This document shows, one piece after another, positions 1 to 13,204 of a stretch of DNA of 64,000 nt. The notes below the pieces were generated by a model. The model saw only the letters and a list, made by a program, of their open reading frames with translations. It made no database searches and was not told where the DNA came from. Position numbers and translations under genes: made by a program. Each line of letters starts with the position of its first letter. Position 1 is the stretch's first letter. The stretch is from Tubiluchus corallicola. Taxonomy: Eukaryota > Animalia > Priapulida. The DNA is taken from NCBI GenBank assembly GCA_030141605.1, contig JAQGDQ010000018.1, forward strand, positions 806,001 to 870,000, read 5' to 3'.

Positions 1-2121
1 TAAAACTTGCCGAGTTTTAGTATAACACACTGAACAAATCTCTTACAGTAGCACTATACTTCAATCTTTGTTTTCGAAAACATGTGCAACACACTCACGG
101 AATGTTTGTGCTGTTGAAAATTATGTTCATTTGTGATGTCATTAATAGTTGGGCTCACCCGTTGTAAAGAATTAATCTATTATTTAATTATCAGAAATGC
201 TTTTGCAGTATTATTTGTGCTAAAATGTATAATTTTTGCCATACTTGAAAATGGGGTAGTATATGAAAAATAATCCTGTCGTCCTTTGACTTTGCAAGTC
301 TTCACTCACATTATAATAATAATTTCGTTTAGGACATAGTCCAGGGATAACATCTTAAATAACTCAATACTTATTTCAAAGTTGGTCCCGATTATTATTA
401 CCTGCATATATTTTGTTTTGGTTCTTTGGTGTTTGGTTGAAGGAGTAGAAATTAGACATATATGTAAACCTCTGACTATGCATGAAACCAAACGAACATC
501 TAAAATGAGTTTGGTACAGCTGTAGTCTTGAACGAATATAGCCATCACATGTTTAACTGACCAAGGCAAAATAAAGTAAATATCTAAACAAAATGCCATG
601 TTCCAGTGACAGAACAATTTATAAAAACATTGTACTTAATGATCAAAGGTGTCTCTGAGAAAACAATCAATATTTCATAAGTTTCATTTAAATTGTGGGC
701 TTTCTCGATAACAAAAAAGTCTTTTTAAAGTAATCTAGAAAATTATTATTATGTTGTTTACTGGCAGTGCAGCACCTGTCTACGCCTAATTGGACAAAAA
801 AATTATAGTTTCAAAGTTAAGGTGTTATGATGTAACACAGAACAATGCAACAAGGCTCGTTACTGATCTGTAGCATAATTATAAAATTCTATTTTGAATG
901 CGGTGTGTTTGATAGTCTGATAAATAAATAAATATGAAATTCATTTATGTTGTAATAATAGTTATAATAATTATTTATATGCTTACTTTCGATACAACTG
1001 AGAAATGAAGGAACGAACCGACAACTTTTAAATTTCAGTAACAAAAGTAAACTGAAAGAAAGGAAATGTGAAAAAAATCGAGACTGTATCTGCTATTGAA
1101 TCAGGAATCGGGAACACAAAGAGCTGTACTGTCTACTAGACATGGCATTTAAATTTTAATCCAAAAACACCTTACTGAATTTGAAACCAATCTCAACTGT
1201 TTCAAATTTCATTTGGTTTTGCTTCATTTTGGTTTCAAACAATGTGGGTTCGGTCCATCATTACACAGTTACACTGTTTAACATTCATTCAGGGGATATA
1301 ACCAAATGGCTATGTAATTTATACTGACTTGTACCAAATCAGAAACACAAAAGGGAGCTCAACAGCTGCACATTACTCATTGCAGATACAAGGAGACTAG
1401 CTAAATGAAAAACCAAGCAAATACAAAATTTCTTCATTTCAACTATAATGCAAAAAAATGGTTAAATAAACAACTTTTAACTATTAAGGCTATTATCTTA
1501 CTGATGATGAAAAAAACAAAAAAGAATGTGATACAATTTAAACAGTCAGAGCAAAAGCAGAGCACATTTAAATTATCAAGTTTAATACCTGAGGTTAGAC
1601 AGCATAAATTATAATTCTTTAGCTGTATTTTAATCCAGTCAAATTGTGGCTGTTAAGTGAACAAATTGCAATAAAAATATTCTCACTTGTACCTAGCACA
1701 GAAAAACGTGCTGATTAATATACTAAAAAAGCCACCGCCTACTAGCTGGTGGAAACCTCATCAGCAGCCATTACCAAAAAAACTGGAATATTGCTACGAC
1801 TCAGCAAAAAAGTATGTAAAGAAGGCTAAACTACAGGTACACTTATATTTTAAGGTCAAGGAAAACAATCGTAACTTTTCTAAGATATTAAAACATCTCA
1901 GAACTTTAAAAATGAAAAATATTTCCTCCATTACCAAAAAAGGGTCTTGCTATGTTTTTTTATGGTCAGAGAATGTAATGAGCATGTTTTTCTGTTCCTA
2001 AGAAACTGATGATTTTTTTTTTGAAATTTCACAGTAGCTTTGTTAGTCTATTGCCTCAGCTTTTTCAGAAGCAGATGCAGTGTAGTATGCAGATGGATAG
2101 AACAGCAAACATTTACCTCAC

Positions 2122-2254
2122 CTGCATTATCTCCGAAAGCAAGAGCCTGACAAGAGGAGGCTAGATCAAAAGTCATTATACCACCCTGTGTATTGACTTG
2201 ATATGGAATACATGGAGCTACTGTTCCAGGGTCTATTATGTTGAACTGACCTGC
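2122..2254 (-). CDS. PAN2: PAN2 coding exon 7 (gene continues beyond window start)
   Basis: TATAG|AGQFNIIDPG...MTFDLASSCQALAFGDNA(G)|GTGAG; 133 nt. No further exon recognised in 1-2100. Confidence 0.92.
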
Positions 2255-2337
2255 CTATAACATAAATGTTATGAAATACTTCATTGAATGTGAGAACAAA
2301 AAGACTTAATGTACACATTTTAATCTACGTGCCATCA

Positions 2338-3232
2338 CAGAAGCAGATCCAGAGGAGGTCCTGGAGGGGCAGGGACCCCTCCGTTTTGACATGTAAAAAT
2401 TAAATATAACGTGCGTACGTATGAACGCACTGTAAAATGATTAATGATCCTGCCCGTGGATGGGTTTCACAACTACCATCACTGTTAGTAAACAAACAAT
2501 CCTCTTTAACTGCATATAATAACTTAAATATATTCCGAATGTGCGCTAAACTCAATTAAGGTTATAAACAAATTGATGCTTTCAGCATTGACGAGAGTAC
2601 TACCAGTAATTATAATAATTATTATTTGGTGCGCCTAGACAGAAATTTTAATCTTCAGAGTAGAAACCGTAGATAAACTAACAAGAATATAACGTATAGA
2701 AATAACATCTATACATAAAAACGTCACGATTTTTAGTTCCCCGAATAACATTATAAGCACACATTGTAGTTTTAGCAATCAACAAGCCGCTTAATTAGAA
2801 GTGGTGGGCAAATAAAATTAACCAGAAGTGACATCTGACAAGAAAGCTAAAGATAGTGATAGTGCAGAGACAACAAGAAAATAGTAAAAAGGGCATTTGT
2901 GTTCAAGAACATTTATGTCATTTATTTTTATTTATTATAATTACAAACTCAAATTAACAAAAAAATTTTGTTGTCTCTTCTAAAGTTTAATCGTCAAGTA
3001 TGCTTTTCAAAAGGCTCAAAATAAAGGAAAATAGAGGCTCAAATTCCTAAAATGCAGGAAAACGTGTTTCCCACAGACTGTAGTTGAGTGACTGGGGAAG
3101 AAACCTTGGTTTCCCACGGACTCCCTAGTTGAGTGATAGGGGAAGAAACCTTGGGTTCCCCGTGCACTGCATCCGCCTTTCTATTTCGTCACATTTGAAC
3201 CTTCCCTTTCAAAAATCCTGGATCTGCCTCAG
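2338..3232. mobile_element. MITE-like non-autonomous DNA transposon in PAN2 intron
   Basis: Short inverted termini GCAGATCCAG...CTGGATCTGC and an internal ~44-bp tandem duplication at about 3065-3160. No clean TSD. Confidence 0.5.
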
Positions 3233-3621
3233 CATCAACGTTCTAACATTTGAGAAAAAAAAGGAGCATAGAGCAAATCTTTTCACACAGAACAAAACTG
3301 CTACAAAAGTTTTTACGTCAAAAATGCCTAAAAATTTATTTATGAAAAAGTTCAACTTAATTAGAAAAACTACTTCAGTTTAACTGACACCATATTAACA
3401 ACAACGTTTCTCTTAAAGGCTTTAAAGCAGGGCTAATAAAATCTGATTACAAAAACCTGTATGAAAAGTAATGTTCTCAAAATTCTTCATAAAAACAAGC
3501 ATATAAATAATATTGATTGACTGGCTTGAGATTTCAAAAAAATGCCATTAAAACTATACCATTTACTTATTTTGCAATGGATTTGTTTCTGGGAAACTTG
3601 AGTCACAATAATACAATGAAC

Positions 3622-3971
3622 ACAACGGCTGTTATTGATAACAACATGATGCTTATTTAATGCTTACGTTTTGATACAGACTTGCATCATCATTAGAGCA
3701 CTTTCACAAGCAAGCTAGATATGTACATTAAATAAACACAGCATAAGTTCATAATAACTCAAAAAGTGTGTGGGTATTAAAATTTTTTTAGGTTCTAATG
3801 AACTCATGCTGTTTATTTGGAGTCTAGTACGAATACTGTAGCGGTAATTAGTTTATAATTTAATGTACATTTCTAGCTGGTTTGAGAAAGTGCTTTGTTG
3901 ATGATGCAAGTTTCTGCATCGAAACGTAAGCAATAAAGAAAAACCATGTTGTTATCAACAATAGCTGTTGT
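3622..3971. mobile_element. Foldback MITE (about 110-bp imperfect inverted arms)
   Basis: acaacggctgttattgataacaacatg...gcttacgttttgatacagacttgcatcatca...ctagatatgtacatta is mirrored by taatgtacatttctagc...tgatgatgcaag...aaacgtaagc...catgttgttatcaacaatagctgttgt. Confidence 0.8.
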
Positions 3972-4072
3972 TCTGGTTGCATTTATTCCTTTTACACAAT
4001 TCAAAATCCTGTAACCTGGTATCATTTAATGCTGGACTGTTTTTGTAAAACAATAATACAAAGCAGTTATAC

Positions 4073-4205
4073 CTGTGAAAGTACGATAACACGGGTCGTA
4101 TAGGTGTTCATGAATCGACAGAAAATCGGGTCAACAAGAACTTGAATGGGATTTATGGCACGCATTACTCGTAAATCATACTGCATCAAAAATCTATCGA
4201 TAGAC
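4073..4205 (-). CDS. PAN2: PAN2 coding exon 6
   Basis: TTTAG|SIDRFLMQYDLRVMRAINPIQVLVDPIFCRFMNTYTTRVIVLSQ|GTATAA; motif DRFLxxYDLRxMR; 133 nt, phase 2 to 0. Confidence 0.93.
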
Positions 4206-4587
4206 CTAAATGATAATAGGAAAATTTGAATTTGTTTACTTTGCACGCATTGAGACAGAAAACAAGTTTCAGTTACTCATCAGTTTTTGGAAAAATATCT
4301 GTTATTTTTTGCATTTATTACTATGCATTTTAGTATTTAATACTTAACAAGCAAACGCTCAAAAGTGTTTTGTAGTTGGATAATGAGGCACATTTTGCTT
4401 AGCGCCGTGATGGAATTTATTAAGCAAGATTTTTAGTATTCACAAGTAATCATTGTTAAATACATTTAATTACGTCTGGAGTCTTCACTGAAACTAACAG
4501 AAAATATCGTTCACATGGCCCAGTACGTCATTTACAACAATACAACTATGCAGCAGAAAAAGTTGACAAAAGAGAATGTGTGTATAC

Positions 4588-4706
4588 CTTTTTGAATATC
4601 CACACGTTACTAAATAATTTCCGCTGACATCAAAATCAGATAGCATTCCACTATGAGCATCCAGCGTGTGTTCTACAGTGAAATTTTTAGGATCCAACAA
4701 ACTTAT
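4588..4706 (-). CDS. PAN2: PAN2 coding exon 5
   Basis: CTAG|ISLLDPKNFTVEHTLDAHSGMLSDFDVSGNYLVTCGYSK(R)|GTATAC; contains the PAN2 motif AHSGxLSDFDVxGNxLVTCG; 119 nt. Confidence 0.95.
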
Positions 4707-5162
4707 CTAGAGACAAAAAATTGTCCAATAAATCAAGTTACCAGGCAGTACTGCACAACACAGTTAGGTAACTTTTGATTATTCTGCAATATAAATTAGA
4801 TGATTCATGCGTGGTTAGTTGTTAACTTGAAATTCTTAAGAAAACCAACAAAAAAGTTTTAACTGTGTACTTTGGAAACTTGGAAAACACTCTCAGCACA
4901 ATTATAATCTTCTAATAAAAAATATTTTTGAATACAGGGACACTAACAGGTACAATATAAAATCTATAATAGACAAGCTAGTATAATTAGGTAAGAATTA
5001 CATAATATAGATATTAATTATAGAGATAATATATAGATAATATAGATTTCTATATAGATAATATGGAATATAATTAGATACATTCCATAAAATGTATACT
5101 GTTTAATGTAAATAAATGTGCAAAAGTATAGCAGAAATTTCTAAATAATAATTTGATTTTAC

Positions 5163-5243
5163 CTTTCCAGATGTTGAACCAGCACAAACATATCTATTTG
5201 ATGTACGCAAGATTCCACAGTCACTCTCTGGTGAAAGTTGATA
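5163..5243 (-). CDS. PAN2: PAN2 coding exon 4
   Basis: TTTCAG|YQLSPESDCGILRTSNRYVCAGSTSGK|GT; 81 nt, phase 0. Confidence 0.9.
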
Positions 5244-5481
5244 CTGAAACACAAACACATTTCCTTCAAGTACTGAAAACAAAATTTTATTCCCCTTATT
5301 TTCATTATAAGTCTATAATAACTAAGTAATTCTGTTTCACTATCAATGAATTTTTGTCGTCAAACAATGATTCAAGCAAAAGCTTCTAGAACTATATTAT
5401 ACAGCATTCAAAAACATAAAATCTTCACATAAACTTCTATACGCACTATGCTACAAGACGATAATGTTCAGTGAAACATAC

Positions 5482-5602
5482 TTCTCGAACAATACTTGCT
5501 GATGTTAGGTCCATCTCAACCATCTTAGGCTGCAAGCCACCAATAATTAAGTGAGTTGGTTGTATAAGCATCATCGTTTGCATATCCACAATATTTTCAT
5601 CA
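5482..5602 (-). CDS. PAN2: PAN2 coding exon 3
   Basis: GCAG|(S)DENIVDMQTMMLIQPTHLIIGGLQPKMVEMDLTSASIVRE|GTATGT; 121 nt, phase 2 to 0. Confidence 0.9.
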
Positions 5603-6625
5603 CTGCAAGATAAGCTTTTTTAAATTACAATCTGTCTTTGTTTTTGATGCCTTAACTCACCACGTGATCTAACATTTTTAGAGAAATCATATGTAATAAC
5701 GTTATAACGCATACGTATATTCAGGTTCCATAATATGGTCGAACAAGTAATATGTAAAAGCCAAAAAACTAAGAGATATGTGGTTCTCAGATACCTGTCC
5801 TATTTCAGTAGTTTGCCAAGTTCTACACAGAGAATTTAATGGTTACATCACCGATAATTCTAATTCAATTAATGCACTTTTAATCTTAAGAAAAATTTTC
5901 TGAATACACTTAGTAAGCATTAATGAAATTTAACTATAATTATTAGTGCTAGACTACTAGCTACTTTAAGCACTATTAACTCTTACTTAAGCACAAAAAA
6001 ATCTTTACACAAAGCTAACAAATTTTGTATCACGTACATGCTGTTTTAGTGTGCATGGAACTCACATTAGAAGGAACACTGTAGAAAACTTGAATGTTTA
6101 AACACTCCCATCCATTAAGCACCACTTTGATAGTAAGTCATTTAAAATTAGTTCAGATAACGTTGTGTAAAGTTCGAAAAAATAATCATAGTATTCATGC
6201 AGCACACTTCACTAACTAAGAAAAGGATAAATTACTTAACCTTGTTAAAGAGATTAATCATATATTTTTTGGTATGTCAGTGACATTTTTAGTGTACACT
6301 GGAATAATGAGAGTGATTTTTATGGGTAGATGCGAACATTTTAAATTGCTAAGAATTTTCTGTTTCAGTTACATGTTTTTCCAATGTAATGCTAGGTAAT
6401 ATTACATTGTATGGAAAATGTTAGGACTCACTTTAAAATTCCCTTTTCTTCCCTTTTAAACTCTTATTTCACATAAATGCTTTGAAACTCTGTACAACAT
6501 CTCCTACGCTTACAGCACTGACTATCTGCAATTCTGCAGGTAATACTTCATTTATTCTAAAAAACTTTTACAAGGAAACACAAGAACAAACTGCAATCTT
6601 ACATGACACAAAAATTAAATCATAC

Positions 6626-6798
6626 CTATATTTAAACAGAGTGAGACCAGTCCTTGCATTACATTGCAGTAGATTACTTGTAAGGCAAAGAATACCGCCA
6701 TCTACAGAAAGAATTTGTCTAACTTCGTTGCAGGTAGGATGCACTTGAAATGAAGTGTACTTCTGCAAGTCAAGCCCATAATAGGAAGTAAGGTGACC
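6626..6798 (-). CDS. PAN2: PAN2 coding exon 2
   Basis: TTTAG|GHLTSYYGLDLQKYTSFQVH...GLTLFKY|GTATG; 173 nt, phase 0 to 2. Confidence 0.92.
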
Positions 6799-7119
6799 CT
6801 AAACATGAAACAAACCACATAATTTTTGAAACAGCTTAAACAGAAACATACTAGGCACTGATAGTACACTTGGCATTTAAAATGGATTTGAACTTAATCT
6901 TCACTGAGCCAGCCTTCATCCAAATATTTATTTACACAGTCAAGCCTCGTTATAACTTGGCACTTTATAATGCCAAACTTGCCTAACGCCCAAAATTTTT
7001 AGCAAATATGCACACGCGCGCACGAACATACACACACATATACACACACACACCTCAATATGATGCCAAACTCGTTATAATGACAACTTTTTTGCAGTTC
7101 CAAAGTAGGCCATATAAAG

Positions 7120-7620
7120 AGGTTTGACTGTATATGATGTTATAGCTGCATCTTAAATTAAAAATGGCAGAACAAAAGGCGGACTCTGTCAGTTGATGCA
7201 AAATTTCTTCTAGTATATTCCTGTAAGATTTCATGATGATGAGTTGCAAACCATACAGAGTCCTAGGCTTTTTTTGAAAAAGATATTATTGCCGTCATCT
7301 TGAATTCAAAATGAAGCACTGCAAATTAGACTCAGCCAGTAAATGCAGAATATCTTCCAGTATATTCCTTTAAAGTTTCGTGATCTATAAAAAAATATGT
7401 TCTCGTCATCATCTTAAATTCAAGATGGCAGATCAAAAATTCGACTCCATCAGTCAATGTGGAACTAGTTTATAATGTGAAGTTTCTTGACAATCTACTG
7501 CAAATCGGCAGAGACTTGGGCTTTTTTCATACAGCAATCCACCTCCCCAATCAAAAACGACAAGAACAACATGGCCAGAAAAACGGTAATTTAGAATAAG
7601 TCATTCTACTAAACATCCAC
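7120..7620. repeat. Degenerate ~140-bp tandem-unit repeat (catcttaaattcaaaatggc motif), Helentron/HINE-like
   Basis: Three diverged units start with catcttaaatt/catcttgaattcaaaatg at about 7129, 7296 and 7410. Related gccatcttg motifs occur at 56690-56880 and 57600-57760. Confidence 0.5.
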
Positions 7621-7789
7621 GACCCTTTAGAAATATATAAACAAGTCCTTCACATTCCCAAGTTTTTAATTTTAATTCTATCATAAATCACCTCAAACAA
7701 ATTAGCTAGAAAATACATTCAGTTTTAATACATCCATTCATTATGATAAATGTAAACTATCAAATGAACAGCCATATAATTTCACATAC

Positions 7790-8026
7790 CCCCTGATTAC
7801 CCATCCACAGCAATTCTTCTTGCAAGTCAAAGGCAACTGCAGACACAGCAAAACGGTCACCACCATCAGCTAGAACACTTCTTAGTTCAACAAACTCCAT
7901 AGCCATTCCAGGATCCATAAATGCTTCCATGGTTTGAGAGATATCTGCAGTGCTAGAATCTCCCATGTCAGACACCAATGTATGATCGTCAATTGTATTG
8001 TTCGTGTAACCTGACTGGAACTCCAT
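7790..8026 (-). CDS. PAN2: PAN2 deadenylase, coding exon 1 (start of WD40 region)
   Basis: MEFQSG...[23 protein letters not shown] resembles the PAN2 N-terminal WD40 (FDxxEELLWxG). GTATGT donor at 7789, phase 0. A polypyrimidine-CAG acceptor near 8048 implies an upstream non-coding exon. Confidence 0.9.
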
Positions 8027-8269
8027 TTATAACACTGAATATCTATCTGCAAGAGAAGCAACAATTGTCGCTGATTTTTCTCACTTTTGCACTATTTCAA
8101 ATAACATTGTTTTTTACTACTGACAAGCTATTTTCCACCTGTTCATTACACAGCCTCCTTCACTAAGTCCACAGATTTCTTTTAAAATCCTTCTGCATTA
8201 AACACATATCTAGAGCCCAGAGCCGCACTATTTTAGCTGAGCTCCAGCCAATTTATTTCTACAGTCGAC

Positions 8270-8391
8270 CTAGCCAATAAGAAACCCAATTTTAGTCACA
8301 CCAGCCGCTCAGTGATAGGAGTTGAGCTAGCCGATAAGAAACCCAGTTTTAGTCGCACCAGCCGCTCAGTGATGGCAGTTGGGCTAGCCGA
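8270..8391 (+). repeat. 57-bp tandem repeat (about 2.1 copies) upstream of a LINE endonuclease fragment
   Basis: ctagcc(a/g)ataagaaaccca.ttttagtc.caccagccgctcagtgat... starts at 8270, 8327 and 8384. Confidence 0.85.
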
Positions 8392-8614
8392 CATTTTTGC
8401 CAGCTGCGAAGATTTTTGCTCTTGCGATAATCACGTGACACTGCAAATCACTGGTTTCAGAAGTGGTGTTGACAAGCCATCGTCTTCAAACTTTCTATAA
8501 GTTTTGAAGTCTTTATGCTGGTCATTTTATGGCTATGCGTCTTGTTACCTGCAACTTTCTCAGTTTATGTATTGGATATTTGGAATGGTGAATGGTTTAA
8601 TATTTCATCAGAGT

Positions 8615-8821
8615 ACATGAAATGCCAAGAAACTAGAATTGGATTACTCAATGTTAGAGGTCTTAGAACAGACGTCAAAAAGGAATCTTTAGCCAATGAT
8701 TTAGAGAAGTATAAATTATCATTTTAGCAGTACAAAAAACACGCATAAAAGAAACCGAATATTTTGACTTGAATGGTAAATGCAAAGTATTTGTATTTGG
8801 TACACCTAAAGATAGATTTGG
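8615..8821 (+). mobile_element. LINE (RTE-like) APE endonuclease N-terminal fragment, frameshifted
   Basis: TRIGLLNVRGLRTDVKKESLANDLEKYKLSF / LAVQKTRIK matches APE motif I (NVRGL...LAxQETR). Confidence 0.8.
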
Positions 8822-9400
8822 TTGAAGTTGTTGAACACTTTTATTTATCTTAGCTATCCGAGTTGTTTTAGGTTTGACAGGTGGTTTTTTGCAAGGTTTT
8901 ACGGCTTCCTTTAAGGCAATTCTTACTGGTGCTTCTTTTGGTAATCTTAGAAAATGTCCTAGCCATCGTGAGCTTCGGACCTTGACTTTTGAACTCCAAT
9001 AAATTTCTTTTGTTCTGGTACGTATAAATTTTCATTCTTGATTCTGTATAACCATCTTATCTTTAAAACTTTTGTAAGAAGACTTCTGTGAAATGTGGCA
9101 ATCTGCTTGTCATGAGTAATCGTTATACCCCCAAGTTTCGTTGTTGTACATAAATATGCTGGTAACGTAAGCATTAAATAATCGTAGTCTGACGTTAAGA
9201 CTTAATTTCTTGCTAGTTAATCCATTCTTGTGCTGAAGAAAAGCATGCATTACCTGTTGCTTTTTGATTTCAATATCATCTTCGGAGCTTAGAAAAGTGC
9301 GTTTGTACTTGCACTCTTTCCAAGACTGATTACCATCTCTTGCAATAATATATTCCTCTGTTTTTGACTGGTTTACTTGAAGACTAACGCTTTTAATTTT
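8822..9400 (-). mobile_element. LINE (RTE-like) RT C-terminal fragment, opposite orientation
   Basis: Degenerate LFNAYVTSIFMYNNETW...FHRSLLTKVLKIRWLYRIKNENLY...LGHFLRLPKEAPVRIAL...GxPKTT, typical of an RTE ORF end. Confidence 0.8.
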
Positions 9401-10094
9401 TAACCTTTTCAGAGATGCAATAAAAGAAACCTTCTTTGCGTAGAATTGGTAAATGAACTTGGAAGTTATCCACGACTAACGTGGGCACTGCGATCAAAAA
9501 CTATTATCAAGGTTACAAACATGAAAATTAATTATACCAAGTTCTTGTACCCAAGCTCTTCACAGTTTGTATCAACCATCTCCCAGGAATTACAGTTGGC
9601 AAAAGTAAGTTATTTGCTAATGATACGAAAGTATTATAATGACTACACGTCCCGTGAAGTCAGCCAGCAGTGTGTACACCTAATATTAACCACATTGATA
9701 AGTGATTGTTAGTATGTATATGGATTGCAGCTGTGTCAAATCCAAGGTTATGACAGTGGACAAATCAAAATTAATATTGACAGGAATTACACTTGGTACA
9801 CAGTGAGCAGTAATGAGCAAAAAGAAAAAGGACATCTAAAGAAAGGCATAATTATTGCTGTTATCAGATTTTATGCAGCAGCATCATACGCTGATTACAT
9901 CTGTTGTAGACATTGGCCAGGCAAATTTTAAAACGAAAGAAATCTGCAGCCCTCATGACAGGTAAACAGAAGCTAATACAGCAAAAAAACTAAAATATTT
10001 GTTAATATTGGTATGCCAGTGGCTTGTCTACATGCACTTACAACCGTAATAATAAATGAACGTAATGTTATCTATTTGTATTTAAATCACAGAT

Positions 10095-11490
<1,396 letters not shown>

Positions 11491-11805
11491 GAGTGGTATT
11501 GTTTAGCTAAGACGTTGGTGGTAGCTTTGAAGCTGTTTAGCATTGACGATGTCTTAACAAAAACTGAGGAATCAACAGCAAATTTGCTAAAAACCTCATT
11601 GGCTGTGCATATAATATAAGGATTAAAATAGCTTAGTGTAAAGAACATAATACAGTGGTGATTTTGGTAAATGCTGGAACTTGAATGCTGTGTAATTGTT
11701 ATGTTGTTTTTTGGCATGTTACAGTTATTTACCTGTAATTCTGTACATTGTCGTTGTGATAATTACTGCTGTTGTTTTGTTAATAATTAAATGGCCACTA
11801 GACAG

Positions 11806-11846
11806 AGCTATCTACTACATATTAATTTTGGTGGTATGGGCTTAAT

Positions 11847-11944
<98 letters not shown>

Positions 11945-11950
11945 GCGCGC

Positions 11951-11989
<39 letters not shown>

Positions 11990-12545
11990 GTTTCGCGACT
12001 ACAGCTCCACCGCTGGCACCATTCTCGGCGATCTATATTTATACGAACGGTCTCGATCTAGTGTCATCTCATCAGGGTTTGTTTCTTTCAAATCTGGCCC
12101 ATAGGGAGGAACGGGGGGGTAAAAACCTCCATAAACGGTCCATTTTTGCCTGATTCTTATACCTCTTATTCCTAGAAAACGGGAACGGGATGGAGATTAT
12201 GCTGGTAGTGGTTGGGTAGCCCGTTCGACTGAAGGTGTAATAGGCATATCTAGTATTTGCTGGATGCGTTTTCCTGGATCCATCCATCTAAATTTTGAGG
12301 AAAACTGCTCAAACAGCCTCCAGAAAAACTCGATTTGCGCAGCTTCTTAAGCATGTTGGGGAAAAAAATAGACACACTTCCGGAAAGAGAAGAAAACGGT
12401 CTACAAAACAGGAAGATTTCATTGGGAGACGAAATGGGAAGGGTGTACTTCAAAGTTTTTTTTAAACCAGTGCTGCACAATATTTGGAACACCCACTGGG
12501 AAGTTACGCGGCTGTTCCAGGCATTGTCATCACCCGTCATTCTAC
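11806..12545 (-). mobile_element. Interspersed repeat copy, Helentron/HINE-like, carrying (CA)n
   Basis: Reverse complement matches 56960-57600 (ttaagcccataccaccaaaattaatat; aatggtgcc; acactagatcgagacc; ctaggaataagaggtat). (CA)n at 11847-11985. Confidence 0.7.
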
Positions 12546-12560
12546 GGTGTCATAAATAAG

Positions 12561-13204
12561 CAGGGTGCATAAGATTATGGATATGTGTAAAATAAATAAA
12601 ATAGCTTATTTTATGGATTTTTGAAATTTTATTTTATGGATATCAATAAAATAAGAAATAGACTATATTTGGAACGAGATGCCCAGGGGGAAATCAATTA
12701 AAAAGTAAAAACAGGAGTGCTTGAAACGTGTTTTTAAACACGCAGTACTTAATTTTTAATTTTATCGGTTTCATATCACTTCAAATTTAATCAAATTTTA
12801 CGAGACAATGCCTTGTAATTCATCACTTCAGTTCAAATAATTCGTCTATTTGGTACGAATGTAGGATGCCCTCTAGGCTGAAGTTTCCGTTCCTAGTGGC
12901 TGGGTCTCTCTCAGTTATCTTCAGACCGAACTCCAGCTCATGCTTTGGTTGAAACTTCGCCATCTTGATAACAAAAAGACAATGAGAAAAAACAATGTAA
13001 AATAGCAAATCCGGAAATGCGCTTTTGTTGGTTTGTTTTCTTTCTCTTTCTCTCCTTCTAACGTTCGTTTTCAGTGTTGCCAATGCTTACAACTCGTTAC
13101 TTTGTACAAAAAATCACAAAAAAATATTTTTTTATTTTATGCATTTCTTATTTTATGGATTTTTCAAATTTATTTTATGGATATCCATAATCTTATGCAG
13201 CCTG
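12561..13204 (-). mobile_element. hAT-superfamily internal-deletion derivative, 644 bp
   Basis: 24-bp TIR CAGG(G/C)TGCATAAGATTATGGATAT; perfect 8-bp TSD TAAATAAG (12553-12560 and 13205-13212); subterminal ttttatggat repeats; residual transposase-like ORF MAKFQPKHELEFGLKITERDP...FSLEGILHSYQ. Confidence 0.92.

Noticed and set aside
306-2001. ORFs 306-617, 1405-1614 and 1687-2001 as further PAN2 exons
   Set aside because: No similarity to the expected next PAN2 segment; composition is typical of AT-rich intron.
8270-8391. Short direct repeats resembling a CRISPR array
   Set aside because: Contiguous tandem units without unique spacers, eukaryotic context and no cas genes.
11791-12153. HT-repeat ORF (120 aa)
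   Set aside because: Translation of (CA)n inside a repeat element.
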